Origin: Muribaculaceae bacterium | Lineage (GTDB): Bacteria; Bacteroidota; Bacteroidia; Bacteroidales; Muribaculaceae | Direction: 5' to 3' | Length of the DNA stretch: 59,662 nucleotides | Assembly (NCBI GenBank): GCA_017557285.1 | Contig: JAFZAK010000133.1 | Location: forward strand, 1-59,662 | Program-made: the position numbers and the translations under genes | Shown: one piece after another, positions 1 through 8,253 of the stretch | Layout of the letters: each line of letters opens with the position of its first letter | Numbering within the stretch: the first letter of the stretch is position 1 | The notes under the pieces: model-generated | Database searches by the model: none | What the model was told of the DNA's origin: nothing | What the model saw: the letters and a program-made list of their open reading frames with translations, nothing else

Positions 1-84
1 GCCCAGATGGCGGAATCGGTAGACGCGTTGGTCTCAAACACCAATGGGGTAACACCCGTGCCGGTTCGACCCCGGCTCTGGGTA
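1..84 (+). tRNA. tRNA-Leu (CAA)
   Basis: Acceptor GCCCAGA/TCTGGGT, anticodon arm TTGGT-CTCAAAC-ACCAA, long variable arm, GGTTCGAC T-loop; CCA not encoded. Confidence 0.96.
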
Positions 85-97
85 CGAGCTTAAAAGC

Positions 98-130
98 AAG
101 GTGTTGAGTTTGTAATTCAACACCTTTTTT
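98..130 (+). terminator. Intrinsic terminator after tRNA-Leu
   Basis: AAGGTGTTGA...TCAACACCTT stem followed by a T run. Confidence 0.75.
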
Positions 131-164
131 GTTAACTACTCATGCCAACCTATAACAACCAGAA

Positions 165-1724
165 ATGATGGAAACTGAAAAACCCACCTCCAGCCTTACA
201 GAAACTGGAACGGAGAATAAAGCCGACAAGAAACGGCATTTGGCGGGATGGATTCTTGGACCATTGGCGGCAATTCTGATATGGTTCATCCCTATTCATG
301 GGCTGTCCGATACGGCCCAGCACCTGCTGGCGATATTGTCACTGGTAGCGATATGGTGGGTCACTGAACCTGTACCCATACCGGTGACTTCGCTGTTGGG
401 GCCTGTCCTTTGCGTCTTGCTGGGCGTGGCGCCCATTGACACCGCCTTTCAGAATTTTGCCAATCCCATGATTTTTCTCTTCATGGGCGGATTCCTATTG
501 GCGAAAGGCATGATGGTAAATGGGCTGGACAAACGCATCGCTTACGGCATCATGTCGATGAAGTGGGTGGGCGACTCCCCGCGGCGCATCTTCCTCGCCA
601 TAGGCGTGGCTTGTATGCTTTGCTCAGGGTGGATCAGCAACACCGCCACCGCGGCGATGATGTTTCCCATCGCCCTCGGCTTGCTGGAGGCGATCCGCGA
701 CATGATGGCGGCCAACGGCAAGACCATCGACCTGTCAAGCTACAAGTATTCAACGGGACTGATGCTCATGACCGCCTACGCCTGCTCGATAGGCGGGGTT
801 CTGACCCCGATAGGCACTCCTCCCAACATCATGATGCTCGGGTTCCTTGAGCAGCAAGCGCCCGATGCGCCCACCGTGTCGTTCTTTGATTGGATGGTTT
901 GGGGCTTTGTTGCGATGGTGTGCTATTTCGTCGTGGCCTACTTTGTGCTTTGGAGGATGTTCCCCGCCGATGTCAAGCACATCGAGGGTGCAAGCCAGTT
1001 CATACGCGAGCGTGCCAAGGCCCTGGGCAAATGGACGCGTGCCCAAAAGAACACGCTCTTTGCCTTTTGCCTCGCAGTGGTGCTATGGGTTGCCCCGAGT
1101 GTGATAAGCATTCACTATGGGACGAATTCTGATGTGGTAAAGGCTTTCAATACCCGCTGCCCCGAAGCCATCGCGGCGATGGTGGGTGGTCTGCTGCTGT
1201 TTTTCCTCCCCTCGGGTAAGGGGAAGGGCGAGAAGACCCTCAGCTGGAAAGACGGCGTTGAGGGCATCGACTGGGGCACCTTGTTGCTGTTCGGCGGAGG
1301 TCTGGCCATGGGCGCGATGATGTACACCACCGGCTTGTCGCAATGGATTGGCGACGGCATCAAACTTATGATGGGCGGTCATCCCTCCGAAATACTTTTC
1401 ATCGCCATCTTCTGTGTGGCGGCGCTGCTCCTTTCGGAATTCACCTCACACACGGCAGCCACCAATCTCATCGGGACAATCTCCATCGGCACAGCCTTGT
1501 CGTTGGGGTTCAGCCCGATACCCGTCGCTGTAGGTGTGGCCATGGCGTCGTCGCTGGGCTTCATGATGCCCGTATCAACACCTCCCAACGCCATCGTCTA
1601 CGCCTCGGGCTTCGTGCCCATCACCAAGATGTTCCGTTCGGGTCTCATCATCGACCTCGTGGGCGTATTCCTAATCACTATACCCATCGTGCTGTTGCTT
1701 GTCAAGGCAATCATGGGAGTCTAA
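165..1724 (+). CDS. DASS/SLC13 family Na+-coupled di/tricarboxylate or sulfate symporter
   Basis: Highly hydrophobic 519 aa; WISNTAT, TPIGTPPN, SEFTSHTA and MPVSTPPNAIV DASS hairpin motifs. Confidence 0.9.
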   Translation: MMETEKPTSSLTETGTENKADKKRHLAGWILGPLAAILIWFIPIHGLSDTAQHLLAILSLVAIWWVTEPVPIPVTSLLGPVLCVLLGVAPIDTAFQNFANPMIFLFMGGFLLAKGMMVNGLDKRIAYGIMSMKWVGDSPRRIFLAIGVACMLCSGWISNTATAAMMFPIALGLLEAIRDMMAANGKTIDLSSYKYSTGLMLMTAYACSIGGVLTPIGTPPNIMMLGFLEQQAPDAPTVSFFDWMVWGFVAMVCYFVVAYFVLWRMFPADVKHIEGASQFIRERAKALGKWTRAQKNTLFAFCLAVVLWVAPSVISIHYGTNSDVVKAFNTRCPEAIAAMVGGLLLFFLPSGKGKGEKTLSWKDGVEGIDWGTLLLFGGGLAMGAMMYTTGLSQWIGDGIKLMMGGHPSEILFIAIFCVAALLLSEFTSHTAATNLIGTISIGTALSLGFSPIPVAVGVAMASSLGFMMPVSTPPNAIVYASGFVPITKMFRSGLIIDLVGVFLITIPIVLLLVKAIMGV

Positions 1725-1749
1725 GAGAATCACATAAACAATTTAGAAT

Positions 1750-2580
1750 ATGGAACAGACAGAGAACAACAAACTCGTCAATGTGACGATCGAAGACAGG
1801 ATTTGTTTCATTGAGATGAACAATCCTGAGAAACTCAATTGCCTGAGTGACCAGATGTGCCGAAACATCGTTGACGCATTGAATTATGCGTATGAAAGCG
1901 AGTGCGTCGCAATCGTCATCAAGGCACAGTGCAAGCATGGCGTGTGGAGCGCCGGACACGACATCCGCGAGTTGCCGCAGGACGGCAGCGACCCCTTGGC
2001 CTACGACGTGCCCATGGAGCGCATGTTGCACCGGGTGCAGGAGGTAGCGATTCCAGTCATCGCGTGTGTCAACGGCAGCGTGTGGGGCGGAGCGTGCGAC
2101 CTGTGCCTCAGCTGCGACATGATAGTCGCGTCAGCCAATGCCACCTTTGCCATCACCCCCGCCAAAATCGGCATCCCCTACAACGCCTCGGGCATCATGC
2201 ATTTTGTCAACCAACTCGGTCTGAACAAGGCTCGAGAGATGTTCTTCCTCGCCACGCCCATCGAGGCCGAGGACGCGCTCAATGTCGGCCTCATCAATCG
2301 TGTTGCTCCGCTCGAAGAACTCGACAAGGTGTTGGAGGAGCATTTCCTCACGCCCTTGCGTCGCAACTCCGTCATGTCAATCAGTGCCATCAAGCGCCAG
2401 TTCCGTGTGCTTTCCAAAGCATCGTCGGTCATCTCGTCCGAGGGCTTTGAGCGTATCAACGCCTACCGTACCCGTGTCTACAAGGGAGCCGACTACCTAG
2501 AGGGCATCAGCGCCTTCCTCCAGAAGCGCCAGCCCCAATTCACCGGCAAAGCCTCCGACCTCGACACCCCAGCGCTTTAA
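1750..2580 (+). CDS. scpB: Methylmalonyl-CoA decarboxylase, crotonase-fold, biotin-independent (ScpB/YgfG type)
   Basis: SAGHDIRELP..G.DPLAYD.P, VNGSVWGGA, GIPYN and DYLEGISAFLQKRQP.F.G closely match E. coli ScpB as recalled. Confidence 0.85.
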   Translation: MEQTENNKLVNVTIEDRICFIEMNNPEKLNCLSDQMCRNIVDALNYAYESECVAIVIKAQCKHGVWSAGHDIRELPQDGSDPLAYDVPMERMLHRVQEVAIPVIACVNGSVWGGACDLCLSCDMIVASANATFAITPAKIGIPYNASGIMHFVNQLGLNKAREMFFLATPIEAEDALNVGLINRVAPLEELDKVLEEHFLTPLRRNSVMSISAIKRQFRVLSKASSVISSEGFERINAYRTRVYKGADYLEGISAFLQKRQPQFTGKASDLDTPAL

Positions 2581-2602
2581 GGTGTTCAAGTAATTACAAA
2601 AT

Positions 2603-2634
2603 TAGCGCCGAGTATCGTGAGATACCCGGCGCTA
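2603..2634. terminator. Hairpin between convergent scpB and tRNA-Ala, probable bidirectional terminator
   Basis: TAGCGCCG.GTATC-GTGA-GATAC.CGGCGCTA. Confidence 0.65.
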
Positions 2635-2639
2635 TTGTG

Positions 2640-2712
2640 TGGAGCACAGCGGACTCGAACCGCTTACCTCAACACTGCCAGTGTTGCGCTCTACCAGATG
2701 AGCTAGTGCCCC
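2640..2712 (-). tRNA. tRNA-Ala (GGC)
   Basis: Minus strand GGGGCACTAGCTCATCTGGTAGAGCGCAACACTGGCAGTGTTGAGGTAAGCGGTTCGAGTCCGCTGTGCTCCA; G3:U70 pair. Confidence 0.96.
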
Positions 2713-2722
2713 ATTGCGGCGA

Positions 2723-2771
2723 CAAAAGTAGTAAAAAGTTTTCAGTTGTCAGTTATAAGTTGTCAGTTTTT
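2723..2771 (-). promoter_or_regulatory. tRNA-Ala promoter: four-heptamer array plus -7 box
   Basis: Minus strand AAAAA CTGACAA CTTATAA CTGACAA CTGAAAA CT TTTTAC TACTTTTG. Confidence 0.7.
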
Positions 2772-2786
2772 AACTCCCTTTAACTA

Positions 2787-2851
2787 ATTCAGTTTTCAGT
2801 TCTCAGTTATCAGTGGTCAGTTCTTGCTTCTCGCATCTTGCTTCTTGCTTC
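2787..2851. repeat. Degenerate 7-bp tandem repeats (TCAGTTn and CTTGCTT types)
   Basis: ttcagttttcagttctcagttatcagtggtcag followed by ttcttgcttctcgcatcttgcttcttgcttc. Confidence 0.7.
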
Positions 2852-3931
2852 TCATAGATGGGTCGTGAACAGACGTGAAATGGTGGCGCTGACGCGCTGA
2901 CGGGCAACGGCGGGATGCATGCACTCGGCCAGCGGACTATCGGCGGGGTTGATGCACTCGACGGCGGCAAAGCCGGCATGGAGCAACGCTTCACGGTCGG
3001 CGACTCGGCCGGCCAATAGGATGGTTGGCACGCCATGGCCCTGGGCGTGATTCAGAATGCCCTGCGGCAATTTGCCCATCAGGGTTTGGCGGTCGGCACT
3101 TCCCTCACCGGTGATGACACAGGTCGCACCTTGAAGCAAACAATCAAAATCAAGCAGGTCGGTCAATAAGTCAATACCCGAGCGCAATTCGGCATTCATA
3201 TAGGCGAGCAGGGCAAAGCCCATGCCACCAGCCGCTCCTGCGCCGGGGGTGTCGCGGTAGTCAGTGCCCAAGGCACGGGCCGTGAGGTCGGCAAACTGGC
3301 GCAGGCGCTGGTCAAGGCGCTCGACCATCGTCGGTGTGGCGCCTTTCTGCGGACCGTAAACATGCGCGGCACCATTTGTACCACACAAAGGATTCTGCAC
3401 ATCGCTGGCAACGGTGACATGCAGGTTGCGCCCCGCCAGCATCGACTGCGATAGGTCGACGGTATCGCCCTCAAAGCGGATGCCCAGGGCCTCGAGCATG
3501 CCGCGTCCGCCATCGGTAGTGGCGCTGCCTCCCAGTCCCATCAGGATATGGGTACAGCCACGACGCAACGCGTGGGCGATGAGTTCGCCGGTGCCGCGGG
3601 TGGTGGCACGCCAGGCATCACGCTCGGCGGGAGCGACCCGCGTGAGACCACTGGCTTGTGCCATCTCGATGATGGCTGTCGAGCCGTCGGGCGACAGGCC
3701 ATATCGCGCTTCCACAGGACGCATCAATGGGTCATGGACCTGTGTCGTGACAATGGTACCGCCCAGCGCTGCCGTGAATGCCTCTAGCATACCCTCGCCA
3801 CCATCGCTAACGGGCACAGTGAGGACTTGGGCATCGGGGATAGCCTCCCTAATGCCCAACTCCACTGCCCGCCCGGCCTCGGCCGAACTCAGGCAGCCCT
3901 TGAACGAGTCAATGGCGACAAGAATTTTCAT
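2852..3931 (-). CDS. Glycerate kinase (GlxK/GarK family)
   Basis: True start MKILVAIDSFKG at 3931, overlapping the arcC stop (TGATG); SDGGEG, GLGGSATTDGG, GAGAAGG and ITGEG motifs. Confidence 0.92.
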   Translation of the reverse strand: MKILVAIDSFKGCLSSAEAGRAVELGIREAIPDAQVLTVPVSDGGEGMLEAFTAALGGTIVTTQVHDPLMRPVEARYGLSPDGSTAIIEMAQASGLTRVAPAERDAWRATTRGTGELIAHALRRGCTHILMGLGGSATTDGGRGMLEALGIRFEGDTVDLSQSMLAGRNLHVTVASDVQNPLCGTNGAAHVYGPQKGATPTMVERLDQRLRQFADLTARALGTDYRDTPGAGAAGGMGFALLAYMNAELRSGIDLLTDLLDFDCLLQGATCVITGEGSADRQTLMGKLPQGILNHAQGHGVPTILLAGRVADREALLHAGFAAVECINPADSPLAECMHPAVARQRVSATISRLFTTHL

Positions 3932-4872
3932 CAGTTCTTGACGATAAGCGTGCCGGTCATGCCTTCGAGGGCCTGGCGGGCCTTTTCGAGCGATGTGATC
4001 AGCGCTTTGCCGTTCTTGGTGTTCTCGACAAAACTGATGCACGACTCTATCTTCGGCAACATCGAACCAGGGGCAAAGTGTCCCTGGTGGATATACTCCC
4101 GCGCCTCGCCCACGGTCATTTGCGCCAGGTCTTGCTGTTGGGGCGTGTTGTAATTAATGGCCACCTGCTCGACGGCGGTAAGGATGACCAGCATGTCGGC
4201 CTTCAGTTCTAACGCGAGAAGCGCGCTGGCTCGGTCCTTGTCGATGACGGCTGCGACACCTTGATAGTCGCCGTGCTTCTTCTCAACGACGGGGATGCCG
4301 CCACCACCCACGGTGATGACGACGCAATGGCTCTTGACCAACTGCTCGACCACGGGCAGTTCAACAATCTTGATGGGCAGAGGTGAGGGCACCACGCGGC
4401 GATAGCCACGGCCAGCATCTTCTATAAAGGTGTAGCCCGTCTGGGCGGATATCTCCTCGGCTTTGTCCTTGCTGTAGAACATGCCCACGGGTTTGGTGGG
4501 GTTTTTGAAAGCAGGGTCCTTTTTATCGACGACAACCTGGGTGACAACCGAGGCACAAGTCTTGTTGATTTTGCGGCGGGCAAGTTCGCGCCCTACTGCT
4601 TGCTGCAGATGGTAGCCGATGTAGCCCTGCGTCATTGCGCCGCACTCGGGGAACGGCATGGCAGGGGTGCCGCTATTGTTGTTGGCCGAAAACTCAAAGG
4701 CCAGGTTCACCATGCCCACTTGTGGGCCGTTGCCATGGCCGATGACCACGTCATAGCCCTGCTCCACCAGATCGACAATGGTCGAGGCGGTACTCTTGAC
4801 AAGCGACAACTGCTCTTTCGGCGACTTGCCCAAGGCATTGCCGCCTAATGCGATTACGAGTTTTTTACTCAT
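3931..4872 (-). CDS. arcC: Carbamate kinase
   Basis: VIALGGNAL, HGNGPQVG, PTKPVG, GYRRVVPSP, VIDKD and GSMLPKI motifs. Confidence 0.95.
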   Translation of the reverse strand: MSKKLVIALGGNALGKSPKEQLSLVKSTASTIVDLVEQGYDVVIGHGNGPQVGMVNLAFEFSANNNSGTPAMPFPECGAMTQGYIGYHLQQAVGRELARRKINKTCASVVTQVVVDKKDPAFKNPTKPVGMFYSKDKAEEISAQTGYTFIEDAGRGYRRVVPSPLPIKIVELPVVEQLVKSHCVVITVGGGGIPVVEKKHGDYQGVAAVIDKDRASALLALELKADMLVILTAVEQVAINYNTPQQQDLAQMTVGEAREYIHQGHFAPGSMLPKIESCISFVENTKNGKALITSLEKARQALEGMTGTLIVKN

Positions 4873-4902
4873 ATGGTAATGTAGAAAATGAAGGGAGTTC
4901 GA

Positions 4903-4927
4903 CCCCCTGCCCCCCTGAAAAGGGGGG
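4903..4927. repeat. C/G-rich palindromic repeat, degenerate copy
   Basis: CCCCCTGCCCCCCTGAAAAGGGGGG, related to the copies at 21776, 22866 and 28927. Confidence 0.6.
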
Positions 4928-4969
4928 CGTCATGAGTTGCTGAAATACTGAGGGGGGCGAATTCCTAAA

Positions 4970-5962
4970 CTACTTCAGTGTAGCGTACATCACGGCCTTG
5001 ATGGTGTGCATGCGGTTCTCGGCCTCATCAAACACCTTGCTCTGCGGGCCACGGAACACCTTGTCGGTGACTTCCATTTCGGGAATTCCGAATTTCTTGT
5101 AGATGTCCATGCCGATAGTGGTTTCCAGGTCGTGGAACGAGGGCAGGCAGTGCAGGAAGATGGCTTCGGGATTGGCGTTGGCCATCACGGCGTCGTTCAC
5201 CTGATAGGGACTCAGCAGTTTGATGCGCTCGGCCCAAATCTCGTCGGGCTCGCCCATCGATACCCAAATGTCGGTATAGATGACGTCGGCGTTCTTGGTG
5301 CCCTTCTTCACATCGTCGGTCAGGGTAATGGTGCAGCCGTTCTCCTTGGCAATCTTCTTGCAGGTGTCGACAAGTTTCTTGTCGGGCATGTTCTCCTTGG
5401 GACCGCAAGCGACGAAGTTGATGCCGAGCTTGGCCGAAACAACCATCAGAGAGTTGGCGACGTTGTTGCGGGCGTCACCCATGAAGACCATCTTCAGACC
5501 TTTGTAGTGCCCGAAGTTCTCCTCGATGGTGAGCACGTCGGCAAGCATCTGGGTGGGATGGAACTCGGTGGTGAGGCCATTCCACACGGGCACGCCAGCA
5601 TAGCGGGCGAGGTCTTCGACAATCTGCTGGTCGAAGCCGCGGTACTCAATGCCGTCAAACATGCGTCCCAGCACCTTGGCGGTGTCCTCGAGCGACTCTT
5701 TCTTGCCCATCTGCGATGATCCGGGATCAAGGTAGGTCACACCCATACCCAGGTCGTTGCCGGCAACCTCAAACGAGCAGCGGGTGCGGGTAGAGGTCTT
5801 CTCGAACAACAAAACGATGTTCTTGCCGGTGAGCCACTTGTGAACGGTTCCGGCACGCTTCATGCGCTTAAAATCCTTGGCAAGCTCGAGCAGGTATTGA
5901 ATCTCCTCGGTGCTGAAATCCAGTAATTTCAAGAAACTTCTTCCTGATAAACTTCTTGGCAT
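4970..5962 (-). CDS. argF: Ornithine carbamoyltransferase, probably catabolic
   Basis: [20 protein letters not shown] and FLHCLP motifs; adjacent to carbamate kinase. Confidence 0.93.
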   Translation of the reverse strand: MPRSLSGRSFLKLLDFSTEEIQYLLELAKDFKRMKRAGTVHKWLTGKNIVLLFEKTSTRTRCSFEVAGNDLGMGVTYLDPGSSQMGKKESLEDTAKVLGRMFDGIEYRGFDQQIVEDLARYAGVPVWNGLTTEFHPTQMLADVLTIEENFGHYKGLKMVFMGDARNNVANSLMVVSAKLGINFVACGPKENMPDKKLVDTCKKIAKENGCTITLTDDVKKGTKNADVIYTDIWVSMGEPDEIWAERIKLLSPYQVNDAVMANANPEAIFLHCLPSFHDLETTIGMDIYKKFGIPEMEVTDKVFRGPQSKVFDEAENRMHTIKAVMYATLK

Positions 5963-6093
5963 AATGTTTTGTTTTTGTTAATGGTGAATATTTTGTTGAA
6001 ATGATAATTCCCTCGTTTTAGAGAAGAAATTGCAAAGGTACGACGAAAACTTGATTCCCACACCATTTTCCACGACTTTTTTACAATCCCCCT

Positions 6094-6130
6094 AAAAAAA
6101 AGACCAGCCCCTAGTAGTAAGAGGCTGGTT
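6094..6130 (-). terminator. Terminator after tRNA-Tyr
   Basis: GACCAGCC...GGCTGGTT stem with an A8 run (U run on the minus strand). Confidence 0.7.
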
Positions 6131-6131
6131 G

Positions 6132-6211
6132 TGGGAAGAGGTGGACTCGAACCACCGAACCCGAAGGAGCGGATTTACAGTCCGCCGCAATTGCCGCTAT
6201 GCGATCTTCCC
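6132..6211 (-). tRNA. tRNA-Tyr (GTA)
   Basis: Minus strand GGGAAGA...GCGGA-CTGTAAA-TCCGC...GGTTCGAGTCC...TCTTCCCA. Confidence 0.96.
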
Positions 6212-6225
6212 AAGAGTTTGGACTG

Positions 6226-6275
6226 CAAAGGTACAAATAAGTTTTCAGTTATCGGTTATCAGTTGTCAGTTTTTT
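6226..6275 (-). promoter_or_regulatory. tRNA-Tyr promoter: four-heptamer array plus -7 box
   Basis: Minus strand AAAAA CTGACAA CTGATAA CCGATAA CTGAAAA CT TATTTG TACCTTTG. Confidence 0.7.
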
Positions 6276-6355
6276 GTGATTTTTTTGCCCAGAACCATTT
6301 TTTTAGTCCAAAATCCCCGCCATTTGGCAACAAATCACTAACTTTGTCGTGAATT

Positions 6356-7465
6356 ATGAAGCTGCGCCACCTGAACATACTCAACTACAAGAACATTGCG
6401 GAGGCAAACCTGAACTTTGCCGACGGGGTAAACTGCCTTATCGGCAACAATGGTATGGGCAAGACGAATATCCTGGATGCTATTTACTACTTGAGCTTCT
6501 GCCGCAGTTACACAGCACAGACCGACCAGTCGGTCATCCGGCACGATGAGCCCTATATGATGCTGCAAGGCACCTACGACCGCCGTGAGGCCGAGGAACA
6601 GGTGGTGGTGTCGCTGCAACGAGGCAAGCGCAAGGTGGTGCGTCGTGGCGGAAAGGAATACCAGCGCTTGAGCCAACACATAGGCTTGCTACCTGTGGTG
6701 ATGATTTCGCCCATAGACCAGGATTTGATTCGTGGCACGGGCGAGGAACGCCGTCGGTTGATGGACCAGATTATCTCGCAGGGCGACAAGGAGTACCTCG
6801 ATGCCCTCATCCGCTATGCTAAGGCAGTGGAGCAACGCAACTCAATGATTCGTCAGGAGATGCGCGACCCGCTCCTCTACGAGACCGTCGAGGCCGTAAT
6901 GTGCCAGACCGCAGCCATCGTTCACCAGCGGCGCGCAGATTTTGTCGAGCGGTTCACACCCATATTCATGCGTTATTACAGCGACATCGCCGGCGACCAA
7001 GAAACGGTGAACTTGACCTATCAGAGCCAACTCTCTGGAACGACGATGCACGAACTACTCGCTGCCAACCGTGAGCGTGACATGATTATTGGCTACACCA
7101 CGCGTGGCGTGCACCGCGATGACATGGAACTGCTGTTGGGCGATTACCCCATGCGTCGCACGGGGTCGCAGGGGCAATGCAAAACCTACACTTTGGCACT
7201 GCGCTTGGCGCAGTTCGACTTTCTCAAGGCGAGTATGCCCGTCACGCCCTTACTGCTGCTCGATGACATCTTTGACAAACTCGATGCCCGGCGTGTCGAG
7301 CGTATCGTCGAGGTGGTTTCGAGCGACCGTTTCGGCCAGATATTCATTACCGACACCAACCGCACCCACCTGGACCACATCATGCAGCGCATGGCAGGTG
7401 ACCACCGCATGTTCATTGTCACCGACGGCCGATGCGAGCCAGTGGAGAAAGGAGGCGAGCAATGA
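6356..7465 (+). CDS. recF: DNA replication/repair protein RecF
   Basis: GNNGMGKTN Walker A, GVHRDD, GSQGQ and LLLLDDIFDKLD. Confidence 0.96.
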   Translation: MKLRHLNILNYKNIAEANLNFADGVNCLIGNNGMGKTNILDAIYYLSFCRSYTAQTDQSVIRHDEPYMMLQGTYDRREAEEQVVVSLQRGKRKVVRRGGKEYQRLSQHIGLLPVVMISPIDQDLIRGTGEERRRLMDQIISQGDKEYLDALIRYAKAVEQRNSMIRQEMRDPLLYETVEAVMCQTAAIVHQRRADFVERFTPIFMRYYSDIAGDQETVNLTYQSQLSGTTMHELLAANRERDMIIGYTTRGVHRDDMELLLGDYPMRRTGSQGQCKTYTLALRLAQFDFLKASMPVTPLLLLDDIFDKLDARRVERIVEVVSSDRFGQIFITDTNRTHLDHIMQRMAGDHRMFIVTDGRCEPVEKGGEQ

Positions 7466-7752
7466 AACGCACCGAGGCGAAAACAATTGGGCAGATTGTG
7501 GAAAACTTCTTGCACGAGGAGCACCTGGACCAGCAGCTTGACGAGTTGCGTGCCAGTGCATTGTGGCCGCAGGTGGTGGGGCAGGGCATCAATCGTTATA
7601 CAGCCAGCCGTTCGGTAGCGGGTGGCGTGATGACAGTGCACATCACGTCGGCACCCTTGCGCAACGAACTCATGCTAATGCGCTCAAGCATCATGCAGCG
7701 CATCAACGATGCCCTGGGACGAGAAGTCATTCACGAAATAATTTTCAAATGA
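7462..7752 (+). CDS. DUF721/DciA-family protein
   Basis: Start MKRTEAKTIG overlaps the recF stop; W..VVG..I and S.PLRNEL motifs; usual position after recF. Confidence 0.85.
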   Translation: MKRTEAKTIGQIVENFLHEEHLDQQLDELRASALWPQVVGQGINRYTASRSVAGGVMTVHITSAPLRNELMLMRSSIMQRINDALGREVIHEIIFK

Positions 7753-8192
7753 AAGAAATTGTAACCGTTAAGCGCCCGTTTCCTTGTCATACGGCAATAC
7801 AGATGCGATTTAACGACATCGACATGCTGGGACACCTGAACAACACCAGCTACCTTGAAATGTTCGACCTGGGAAAGAACGACTACTTCACCAAGGTCAA
7901 GAAAGGCTACATCGAGTGGTCAAAGCCATCGTTGATGATCGTGCACCTGGATATCGACTTCCTGGCGCAGACCCATTTCAGCGAACGCGTCGAGGTGCTG
8001 ACCCAGGTTACCCGTCTGGGCAATAAAAGTGTACATTTGTTACAGCAGTTGGTCAATGCCGACACGGGCGAGGTCAAATGCCAGTGCCAAAGTGTGATGT
8101 GCAACTTTGATGTCGCCACGGGCATTCCCGCTACCATCACCGATGAGTGGCGTCGGGACATCGCCGCCTACGAAGGGGTGGAGAGTTTATAG
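7749..8192 (+). CDS. Acyl-CoA thioesterase (4HBT/hotdog family)
   Basis: Start MKEIVTV at 7749; RFNDIDMLGHLNNTSY motif. Confidence 0.9.
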   Translation: MKEIVTVKRPFPCHTAIQMRFNDIDMLGHLNNTSYLEMFDLGKNDYFTKVKKGYIEWSKPSLMIVHLDIDFLAQTHFSERVEVLTQVTRLGNKSVHLLQQLVNADTGEVKCQCQSVMCNFDVATGIPATITDEWRRDIAAYEGVESL

Positions 8193-8202
8193 TTAACCAT
8201 AC

Positions 8203-8250
8203 GCTAAAAGCTAACTGCTAACGTCTAAAGTCTAACGTCTAAAGTCTAAA
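8203..8250. repeat. 7-bp tandem repeats (CTAAnnn)
   Basis: gctaaaa gctaact gctaacg tctaaag tctaacg tctaaag tctaaa. Confidence 0.75.
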
Positions 8251-8253
8251 ATA

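Noticed and set aside
3932-4042. Extension of glycerate kinase suggesting a frameshift fusion with arcC
   Set aside because: Simple TGATG stop/start overlap; no slippery site needed
4970-5962. Putrescine or N-acyl-ornithine transcarbamylase
   Set aside because: Carries the OTCase-type DxxxSMG motif, and no agmatine deiminase is nearby
85-6131. Integrated genomic island between tRNA-Leu, tRNA-Ala and tRNA-Tyr
   Set aside because: No integrase and no duplicated tRNA 3' end found by eye; composition resembles the core genes
6129-6352. Short ORFs overlapping tRNA-Tyr (also 45627-45833 over tRNA-Phe)
   Set aside because: Incidental frames across tRNA genes
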